The translations under genes and the position numbers were made by a program. A stretch of 62,000 nt of DNA from Botryllus schlosseri (Eukaryota), in the NCBI GenBank assembly GCA_051294905.1, contig CM119378.1, forward strand, positions 1,426,001-1,488,000. The letters are read 5' to 3'. Within the stretch, counting starts at the first letter, position 1, and each line of letters starts with the position of its first letter. Below the pieces are notes generated by a model. That model saw only the letters and a list, made by a program, of their open reading frames with translations, had not been told where the DNA came from and made no database searches. Below, piece by piece: positions 42,901 to 54,900 of the stretch.

Positions 42901-45900
42901 AGGCATTAAAATTTGATGAATCAAGGCAAACAGACGACTAACGCTTAATAAACGGTTTTAGTGACATACCGTAATTTTCCAAGTATAGTACGCCCCCATG
43001 CATAATACGCACCCTTAAAATGGCATGCAAATTCTGGGAAAAAGCCTGTACCCATGTATAGTACGCACCCTGCATTCACAGTACATGAATAGCTGTGTTT
43101 TACTACACGATGTTGTTCTGTTTTGCGATGTCACTCTCGAACAATCAAGACACAACCATCGCTAATCATTATACAATTAACGGCATTGTCTCTGAACGAT
43201 AGTACAGAGCAGCCAAAGCCTGCGAGGCGGGCGGCGCGATAGTTCGGGCCAGCGACACGACGTCTTGCGCACGAGGCCTATTAGAGATGCGATTGCTAAT
43301 CATTATACAAGTAACGGTATTGCCTCTATATCAGCGGTTCTCAACCGGGGGTCCGCGAAGCAATTTCAGGGGGTCCGCGAGACCTCTATATTTTTAAAAT
43401 GTTTGATAACCTAATTTTTATTTTATTTTTTAATTTGAGAAAGCATGAGTCTGTTTCGCACCACAACTGCTAAAACCTCATGACTCATATCAGCATAATA
43501 ATCGTCTGACATGGAATGTGGTAGTGTGGAAACTCATTTTCATTGCCAATTTTCGAATAACCTGCTGATACAAACATATTGCTGTTTAGAGACGTTTGAT
43601 GGGTTATTTAAAAATATATATATATATGAAGATAGTAACGTCAATCAGGGTCACTTCGCAATGTCTGCGAAACCTTCTCGATTTGAAGTTGTCAGTCTCA
43701 TCAAATAAGTGAATAATCGTTTGAAATAAAAAAATTCCGAAGTATTTCCATAATTTATCCCAATGCAGGGAACAGCTTCTTGGACGTACAGAACTTTAAT
43801 ATGCAATTAAATAATATAATTATATTGAATGAACCCGAATATTTTCGGGTGACACTCGTCATAAATCGGATAAAGATATACCTGCTCTTAAAGCTTGACT
43901 ATCAGATTCGGCGCATTCTAATTACGGATGCCCTATCGGCAAAGCTGATTTTTTGATGAAAAAGGAGTGTTTCGTTGCTATCAAAGCATTACGCTCCAAC
44001 CCTGAAATTAATATCACCAGCAGTTATATTGGTATGCAGCCTTGTATTGTTAATGCTCAATTGTTCATGGTCGAAAATGTTTGCTCGTAAATTTATATGT
44101 AAACCCGAACAGAACAAGTCGTTTCATGACGGTCTTTCTGCAGTCTTCTGGTTGGAAAACTTGGATCCATTCTTTGGAGCATGAAATTAGTCTATACTTT
44201 TAGATTAGGATTTCACTTTGACGGTAGAAACTCTCTGCGGGCCGATCAAATTGCCGTTACGGGCCGAATCCGACCCGCTGTTCGTGTGTTGCCCGTCCCT
44301 GCGCAAGATGCTGGACGTCTAATGTTCAGAAAATATGTGTTTCTTCATTTTGGTGCCATAAATGTTGCGATCACACCAAAAGTATCGTCGGAAGCGTTAT
44401 GCGTTAATATTGCATTAGCCTCCATCTATCTTTGCGGAAATGGTTTTCGGCACTCCTCGTTCATATCAAAACGAAGACGCGGATTTTCAAGACACGACCA
44501 CTTACTTCAAGAAATACAGCAGCAAAATTAGCTTTGAAATAATAAAAGTCGACCAATTTCTACATAAATAGTATGATGTTATCTTCAAGAAAAATCATTA
44601 TTTTGCTGTGTATCACAAGCCTACAGTTCATATTTGCACAAAACAGATGAAGGTTGCACCATAATAGAGCTAAAATTGAACTAAAATTTGAGGGGGTCCG
44701 CGAGGGTCCGTGACGGTCAAAAGGGGTCCGCGAAGCCAAAAAGGTTGAGAACCACTGCTCTATATGATAGTAGATATAGCAGCCAAAGCCTGCGAGGTCG
44801 GCGACGCAACATCTTGCGCACAAGGTCAGATGCGATTGCTCAGGCCAACGGTTACTCCATGACACCACGCCTGTTGGTGGTGCGATTATATTGTGCGCAC
44901 ATGGCCTGTCGATGAATTAGCGAGTACTGCCGCGCTCGCGTTCACCAATCAATGAATGACCTACTTTCGCTCGCGTGCAAACGGCAAACCAACTCAGCAG
45001 GAGATTGCGTGCTGTGCAGACGACTCTCGTTAATTGGCAACACACTTTTGCTAATTGGTAGCGCGTAACACTGATAATACGAATTACTGGGCACGATGGC
45101 TGAAAGTGATGCGCGATTGGAAACAAACATGATGAAAGGTGTGAAAAGTTTTTTATCTAGGGAGATTTTTTTCAAGCGTGTTGTTCCCATGTATAATACG
45201 CACCCCCACCCCCACCGATTTTAGGGCAAAAATTCATGAAAATTTTGCGGATTATACATGGAGAATTATGGTAGTTTCAAGTCTCAGCATCATCTTCTCT
45301 CTCCCTAAATTGCAGACCGACCTGTAATTGCAGATTGATGCTTTTATCCGGGCTGCTTCTTTTCCCGGTAGAGACGGCTTGCTTCAGTTTTTCGTCACCT
45401 TCCGGCGTTTCAGACTTGAGGGCTTCAAGCGCCTGTTTGCGAAAACAAATTGCAAGTTTAGCAAAGAGTGACAAGACGAAAAGAATATCGCAAATAAAAT
45501 GAAATTGTGACTAGGTATACTCAAATGTGTTATTGCTACATCCGATCACTCATCTGCACATTATGAAGGTATTTGAGCATTTTGATTTTATTTGGTATAT
45601 CCTGTTTTAAATGTCATACAATATGTACAGAATAGTGATCAAGCAAAAAGATATTACATTTTGATTCAACCTAATTTTAAATGAAAAAACTGGAGCAATT
45701 CAGGATTTAATGTTATTGGCGGAGATTCACGCCAACCAAAATAGAGATATCTATCAACGACACCAAAGCGGGAGCTTCTCAAACATTTTTACTGCGAATT
45801 TCTGCGGATTAACATTGTCGATTCCTATCTCCAATGTTTGTTATGTATTTTGGTTGGATGAAAATAAAGACGCTCTCTCTCTCTCAAGTACCATACCTTG

Positions 45901-48900
45901 ATGTTTTCCACAAGCATTTCTTTAGTGCAGGAGGTGTCGGAGAGGCGAAATAATTCCACTGACTTTCCAGAGAACCAGTCGGTGAAAACGTGTAACGCTT
46001 GGTGATATGTTTTTGCGCTTTCCGCTAAGATCTCCGCCTCGTTTAGCAATGCTGGAAAGAAAATGAGTCAAAAGCTGTTACATTTCTTTACAAAGTCAGT
46101 GGCTAAGTAACCTTTTGCTATTTATAGACTTATGTCAAATAGCCTCAGACTGCCTGTGATACTGTTGAGGTAATTCCAAAGCACTATACCCCGAATAGAA
46201 TTAATTTCATTGAAGAAATACCTTGTACTGAGTTCACCAACTCCTGGTAATGTTCTCTGATCTCTGCCAAATCCACTCTTGTACCAGAGACATCTCCGGT
46301 TAGCGAAACAATGTTAGCAGCGCAGCCTTGTACATTTTCCACCATGGAGCCTTTGGCTTTCACGTCGCGGTAGAGCATTTGGCATTTTTCGAGGTCGGAA
46401 AATAATGCTTCGGGACTCAATGGCTGCAATTAAGTAACAGTTAGGGTGTAATATTATTTGCATGTTTGTTTTAACCAGGTAATGTAACTAAGGCTGGTCT
46501 CAAAAGTTTGGAAAAGATAGTAATAAAGTTGTTATAGATACTTTTGGAAGTACAGAACTTCAAAATACAATTGAATAATATATAGATATTGGAATAAACC
46601 CATATATTTCACTCACTTTCACTCATAAAAGTGGTGCAAAACTCTCCAAAAACTATGTTTTGCCTTATGTAATAAAGTAAGTGGTTTTGCCTAAAAGTTA
46701 TTTTAATTTGAAGTGGAAATAGTCTGAAAGTATGTACTGTACACTGGAGTAATTCAGGCTGGAATAGGAATAGCAGACATAAATTTTGATTTTTCAAATT
46801 TATTTCATACACCATTCTCAGAAATGACATTACCAACAATATTAACGAATAAAGACAAGCACACACAGTACCTGTCCCTCGTGCGCTATTTTCTCAGCCT
46901 TGACGGCGACGTCGGTATTTTGCAGCCAGTTTTGTGCCGATTTCACCTCCTCTTCATATCTCTCCCACGCACTGATACATTTTCTGAGCTTCTCTCTAAA
47001 GAAAATATATAAATTTTCAGAGCAATATATCTGTAGAGCAGCTACCATCAGCCATTACATCCACTTGCTAGGCACTATAGAGTCAAACCGATAACCCAGA
47101 TATGTCCGGCCTATATTCAAAAGGTATGGCATTTAGCTTAATGAGTATTTCCAAAACCTTCGCACCATTTCTTTGAACAGCATTACAGCCTGTAAGTTGT
47201 GAGAAATCGATCAATATCCACAGTGTAGCTGTCGCAGATTATAGTTCTCTGATTCCCTACTACCATTGCAAATATTTTGTTTTATCTAATGGCCGATGCC
47301 GATATTTTTTTGAAAGTGCGATACACGGAATTATCGTCAAAGCGATAAGACGATCTGGTTCTATTAGTGACGTAAAAAGCAAGATACAATACCTGATATC
47401 TTCAGCCTTTGAGATATTTTCCTGCCAAGACTGCACCAGCTCGGCAACCTGCGATCTTATAGTGGGTTGACCTTTCAGGGCGGTCGTCGGTAGTATTTTG
47501 TCGGAATGTCCTGCAATTTAAGATTGTTTATGATTTCACCGAGCGTGGCGGCAGAATAGAAAACACCAAAAAATATTCACCTCGTGTTATATTGATCTTC
47601 ACTTCGCCTTCCTGTTTTCCACCGAGGAGAGTGTCGAGCTTGTGAAGCCGCTGCTCCAACATCTCCTTACCACCTACAAAATGAAGTCGGATTGAGAAGA
47701 GATACATCAGAAATGTCTGCGGCAGATTCACAAGAAACTCCAGGTGATACTGCCAAAAATGCCCAATACCGCACATGTTGATCCATCAAGTGCAGAGGTA
47801 ATCAAAGTAATCATCGTTGGTATTCAAGTGGAGGTACATCACAAATTTCTACTCCATTCCAAGTATATGTAGCGTTTCCCAGGACAGGTTAAGTAATTTC
47901 AAAAGGTAGCCTTGGTCAAGGGTCACATAGTATTAGCATTTAATGAGAGGTGGATACTTTGGAAATTTCAAGATGCATCTTCGCAACTCACGCAACATGA
48001 CTAATGATACTACAAATAGGTTCAGACTTCGGAATACAGTCAATTACCGCAATACAGGTGCTGCTTCTCCCAGTTTTAATTACAATTTCCATCATAAAAG
48101 AGATGAATATTCACCCTGAAACTACAATCTATTTCTATTAACTCAAATATATAAATAAATCAGTGTGACTGCTGCTTTATGAGTCAGACGTGACTTGGCC
48201 TCCAGAGAACCGATAAATATGGCTTAGTGAACCCCTGTTATCATAGATATGGATGGAACAAACCTGTTAGATTGGAATAAGTCCCCAATCTGTGAGTGAA
48301 ATCGTTGTTCCACTCCTGCGCTTCCGTGAAAGCCGTCTGGTAAGCTTGATGGTCGTACAGGTTCTGTTCGCTACGTTTCAACGCGTCTTGAACTTGTTTC
48401 GATATGGCGTGGTATTGAGCCGTGAGCTGGTTGAGTTGAGTCAACTCCGGAGAGCTGCCAAGTTTGTGAGCCTTCCTTTTCAATCTCTCAAACTTGTAGT
48501 TGGGATCGGTCACATCTTCCGCAATTGACTAAATTGAAAAAACGAAGACTTGAAATTTCACACAAAAGAATATGACGCTCGGAAGATTTTGACCTAAAAA
48601 ATCTAACTTTTGACATTTCTTTACCTTAAAAAACTTAATTTTGACAAAATTTTGCCGTCATGTATAAACATTAGGTGTTTTCCCACATAATGTTAGAATT
48701 ATAATACTTATCTTCATTTATGGTTAGAACCGTATGTCCTTATGAAGTAGCTTGGCCTGAAAAAACTTTTTTGACTAAAAATCTGACAAATTTTTACATG
48801 AAAAAACTTTATTTTAACAAAATCTGGACCTATGAAGAATTCCAGTAGTTACATCACGCATCATCGTAGAGATAATTAATATTTGTTGTAGTACAACGAA

Positions 48901-51900
48901 AGATACTTTCCTACATTCTCGGGTAGAAAGTGTCTCTCCTTACTAAATAGCTTGCCAAGAATGGAGAAAGAACGTTCAACAGCAGCAGTTGTTGACTGAC
49001 AACACTCAAGTTGTGCGTAGACTGCTGGTGACAAACCGTGTCGCTTCATTCCGACAATGTTGTCTACATCACAATTTTTCATCGTGCGCTTCTTGATATA
49101 GGAACCCACGCCCACGCAGTTTTGCTACAGTTGGGAGATTGCGGTACGTTGAGCATAACACTAGGTCAACCTATTTGTTTCATTTGACCGTGTATGATTC
49201 ACAATGAGCAGACAATGGACCGTCTACAACGGTAGGCCTATAAAGTAGGCTACAAGCTGTAAAATGTCAAAAGATAAGTTCACCGACAGAGCAAACATCC
49301 ACGATACAAACGAAATGCTGGTTGCAAAAAATTTTTGACTTTGTAAATCGTTTTGACAATTTTTTGACCTAACGCTAAAATTTTAACTTATTTTGACGTG
49401 TGAAAAAAAATCGCCCTTCCAGGTACCTGCCATTGTACTTTGTGACTATGCTGAGGATCACTAGTTCACACATATGACATTTCCACAAATAATTATCCAT
49501 ACTTGAAGCGAGTTATGTTGCGATTTCTTCAATCCAATAGTGGCTCGCAGTCCCGACTCCCCTTGAAACCTGTCTTCCACTTCCTTGAGCCATTTCGTGA
49601 GTTCCTTTACGTTCGACGCAAAATCGGTGAGCTGTTCGACGTAGCTTTGCAGGCTTTGTTCCTTTTCCTGGTGTAACAAGATTTTTGGTTCTATCTAGAA
49701 AGAAAAAAGGCAAAAGAGATTTACCTGAAGGATAGCCAGAAAATTGCGCCAGGCTTCCTTGCACTGCTTGGTCTGGTGACGGACGTTTTCACTGCTTTCC
49801 GGGCGCAGTATGTTTGGAAGCTCGTCGCCTAGACCAATCAGGCTCTGCAACTTGGCTTTGCCCTCGTCAACACTTTTCAGAAGTTCCTAAAATAAAACGA
49901 AATGAATTTTACAAAAAAAATGAAAAATATAAATGTTTCTGATTTTTTTTTCGCATGACATCACACAGAAATGACTCGGGCCTTCAAAAATCTAGTGACT
50001 TGACTTGATTTGAGTCAAAACGTACCGTGACTCAATATGACTTATCATTCGAAGGCAGTGAATTGTTGTCAACACTGTCATTACCCTCAAAGTTTGGCGC
50101 TTCTTCGATACATCCCCGAGATCAAAATTTTTAAACGGAAAAATAAGTTATTTTTTCGTGTTGGTGAAGGAATATTAGGGTAGGAAGTGGGTTAGGGTTA
50201 TGGTTTGGGTTAAGGAATCCCAATAGTAGGGTTGTAGGTGAGAGATATTAGGATTGTGGGTGAGAGATATTAGGATTGTTGGTGAGAGATATTACGGTTG
50301 GGGGATGACAGATATTAGGGTTAGGGGTGATGAAATCCTCGAACTAGCGTCCGAAATCCCCCTAATATATTTTATCCCCCAACCCTAACATCTGTCATCC
50401 TCCAACCCTAATATCTCCCACTCACAACCCTAATATCCCTCGCCACAACCATAATATTTCCCACCGAAAACCCTAATATTGGGATAAGAGAGAGAGAGAG
50501 AGAGATTTATTTCTTCGTCAACCAGAATAAACAGAATGAGTAAGCATGAAAAATGCTCAAAACAAAACAAAAACACATACACAGTAATAATAGTGTGTAA
50601 TTGCCTCTATAACGGTATAGACGGGTGCTGGCGATATGATCCTTACGATCTTCATGTCAAGCCGGAACCTAACCCTAACCCACTTCCAACCCTAATATCC
50701 AGCACCCACAACTCAAATTCCATCCAAATCTTAACACGAAAAATAATTTATTTTTCCTTTCATAAATTTTTATCTTGGGAGTATATCGAAGAAGGGTTCA
50801 AAGTTTTATCGTCATCTTTTTTCCATCGGTACACACTTATTCACATAATTCGGCATTTCTAGACAAGATAGCGTAATGGTGAAGCGTCTGGCTTCTCGAT
50901 TGGTAGGTCGTGGGTTCGATCCCCGGCCGGGTCAGATCAAAGACCTGATTAGTAACACTGGTATCCATGACTTCCCCGCTTGGCGCTCATGCATTACTGG
51001 GATAGCATGGAGGGGTGGTGCATGACTTAGAAAGCCGTAAGGCTATATTTGCACTTCCTTGTCCAGCAGCATATGCACATCATGCACAGTGCACACATGG
51101 TATGCATATGCACAGATCGTGTGTATGTGTATCGTGAGTCGGTGTATATGCCGCAAAAAAAACTTCAAGGACAAAAATAAACTACGTCCTTTCCTTTTCC
51201 TTTTCTAGCATACCTGAATTCGCTCCAATTTCTGCTGGGCGGTCTTTTTGTCACCGGAAACGTCGCCGTAACGCTGGACCAGCTCCTTCTTCAGTTTCAA
51301 CCACTGATCAAATTCTCTGGCGCAAGTATGGAAGGCTTCCAGAAGGTTCTTCTCGCACTTTGTTCGGAGTTTAGCCAGTTTCATTTTCATGTTATCATAT
51401 CTGCGCAGGTGAAAACAGGGCGGGGCTCATTCAATGATATTGCAATAAACCAGGATGTTATCGGTTGACACACAACAGGGCTGGTAGTCAGCAATTAGTA
51501 GAGATTTTCATAGAACTTTCTGCATCAATAATCGTATCAAGAAATGAGACTTGATGTATAATTTTCTTTTGAAATCTGAAATACTTGCTGACAATTCATG
51601 TATATGTATACGAATATTATTCAGTTGTGTATTGAATTTCTGTACCTCGGTGAATCTCTTTAAACAAATACTTACCTTTGCAAGGCAGTCGTCACTTGTT
51701 TCGATAGCTGATCTATTTCAGAACTCTGATACGATCGACACAAACCATTGAGTTTTGCCTTCAGAGAGTCAACGCCCTCTTGCATGTCGTCCAGATCTTG
51801 AAGCAAAGACTGAATACAAAAAATAGATTATTTTGAATTTTCAGAATAGTTTCATTTTGCAACATCTAATATCATTCCTATATCTTCACATATTGCCTAA

Positions 51901-54900
51901 TTTTATTTCTACATTTTCCAAATTCTAATTTATTGTACATATTTCAAGTATAACTCCTAATTAAACTTCTAATCATTAACACCATCCTTTATAACTGGTG
52001 CTTAACCAGGGTTCACACAAAGCCCAAGGTTTCGCTGAGCCAGATTCAGGGGTTTGCTGTAGGTCAAGACATACACACCAGCTTGCAGTAAATTTTCATC
52101 ATAATCTTCTGTTTTGTGTGAATGTCATGTTCAATGGTTTTGATCTTATAACACTGTTGTTGATGCACAGTTCATTTCACGCACCAGTATTCTGTAGCAG
52201 TGTATTAGATTGTATTAGATCGCTGTATATTTTTATTTTGGGGGTTTGCCAAAGACTTGTAGATTAGCATAAGGGTTCACCAGGCAGGTAAAGGTTCGGA
52301 AACACTGTTTCAAAGTAACAAGACATCTGTAGATTTCTGCGCTGTGAGTATGTTAAATTGCAAACGTACCTGACAGAGCTTTTTAGTTTTGAAAGCGTTG
52401 GCCGGTTTGGTGAGTTCTTCCGTTTCTTTTTGAGGAAATCTACCTTCCAGCTTGCTCAGTTTTGACTCGAATTCGGTGAGAGCTTCTCGCAGAGCTGACT
52501 TTTCAACACTGGGAAATTAAATACACAAATGAATACTGGTATTGAAATGAAGCCGAATATTTTCGGCTGATACACGTCAGGGGTAATCATCAACAACTAG
52601 TAGAGACGTCACCAGCATGAAAATTCGATTAGCGAGGCAAACAGATAGCTTAATCTCAATGTACTACTACTAGATAATACACAAGCTCCTTCTCTTGTCA
52701 CAAAACAGGGTGGCGTATTTTGACTAAAGGCGGCTCAATGGCACATATATGGGGAAACGAACTGGAATTTATCAGAGAATGATCGATTTGGAAACATGTT
52801 CAAATAATCATGAACGTTGCAAGTCTATCACAATATCCATAGAACCAAAATATGACGAATAATAGCCGGTGAGTAGCATAGTACTCAAGTAATTTTTGCA
52901 TACTTTCACATAATGCACAACTTCCTCAAATGGTTATATTTAGGACTACTTCCGCATTTACTTTACAGTACAGTGCAGTAATTAGGGCAAACTACGTCTT
53001 TTAATTTTCAAATTTTCATTCTACTCGTATTTGAGTATAGAGTTATGACGTTACTTCTACTGGCTTGCCAACGTCGACTACATTGACGATATCCGATGAT
53101 ACTTTAACATACCCGTAGCTCTTTTCATAATCCAAAAGCTGGGTTAGCTTGCTCTGAAGCGCGATCTCGGATTCCGTCATGCCGCGGTCCCAAGACCTCC
53201 ATTCTTCCTTCAGACTGAAAAAGGCGGTACGAATTATTTAACCCAGTGTTTCACAAACTTTTTCTAATTGTTTTTTTTTGCTACACTTAGTACCACCTGG
53301 AGCATGAATAAATTATTTCAGTAACAGGTACCGGACTTTATTAGTTATTGGTGTTTACTATACCATACCAACAATTAGACTTGGAGAGCTAGATAACGCT
53401 AGTTTAGGGTTACCATATTTTTGTGAATCAAATTCCGGACACTCTTTAGCGCCCACTAGCGGATTTTAAAATGAGGGTTGACATATTGTCCGTCAATATG
53501 ACATCACACTAGCAAAGCACTGCCCATCGACTGTATACACAAGTGGTTCTCAACCGGGGGTCCGCGAAGCATTTTCAGGGGGTCCGCGAAGCCTCTAAAT
53601 TTACTAAATAGTTGGTAACCTCATTTTTATTTTTTAATTAGGAAAATCACGAGGCAGTTTCGCTTCATTACTAGTAGAACTCACATGAACAGAATGGCCG
53701 TCTGAGATGACATATCCTACTGTGCTGACTCATTTTAGTGGCTAAATTGTCAATATCCTACCAGTGTTGGGATGACTCGAGTCATGACTTGACTCGAGTC
53801 AGACTCGAGTCACCTTTTTCGTATGACTTGACTTGACTCGAGTCACTTTGCAAAAATGACTTGACTTGACTTGACTCGGCGTATCAGAAATGTCGATTGA
53901 CTCGTGACTCGGACCAAAATTCACGAGTCAATTTCAAGTCATCAAGTAATCGGTGTCGATAAAAATCACTGTATCTTGCATATGTTCGGATTGTTCTCGA
54001 AACGCTCGTGTAACCCTGGAAAGCGATCAATCATTCATTGATCGAGCATTTTACTGAGCCTCGATTGTTCTCTCATAAATAAATTGACCGCAAACGAAGT
54101 GATCGAAGCTTATGTTGTCGTAAACTCTAGTAGTACAGTAAAGTAATAAAATACCAAAGTGTATATTCTGTCTCTGTTCTTTTACCTTTACCAAACCTCT
54201 TGTTTTATTGAAATTTAATTCGAATATACGTTATATTGTCGTCGAGCATTAGAGCATGCTCGAATTGTATCATATCTATTTTTAAATGGGTGATGTATTA
54301 CATCTTAACACTTCGTTTCTCCATTCTGTATTTTGGTTTGTGCCTATTAACTGAGGCCATGCAACAGTTCTACGCATACGTGAGCGATACAACGTCTTCT
54401 AGCGTGTATATTTACCTCTATATTCGCTCAGCGGTTCGGAATCAGTGACCACTCAATCTGTATTTCAGACAGCTAGCAACTTACAATGACGTAATCATGC
54501 ATCACACTTCGAAAATGCAACTTGACTTGAAATGTGACTTGACTCGTGACTTGACTTGACTTGACTTGACTCGACTTGACTCGAGTCACCTCCGAAAATC
54601 GATTGACTTGACTTGACTCGAGTCACCTTTGAAAATCGATTGACTTGACTTGACTCGAGTCAAAATGTCCAATGACTCGGAATGACTCGTGACTCGAAGG
54701 TAGTGACTTGATCACAACACTGAATCCTACTGATCCAAATATTTTGCTGTATAGTGGTGATTTGTTAGGGATTGTGTAAAATTAAAAAGTTGGATTCAAC
54801 AATCACGGTGACTTCGTACTGTTTATAAAAATCAATTTTCTCCTGTGATATCCATAACTGTTTTCTATAATAGTTTCAAGATGAGCTGCTTGATAGAAAT

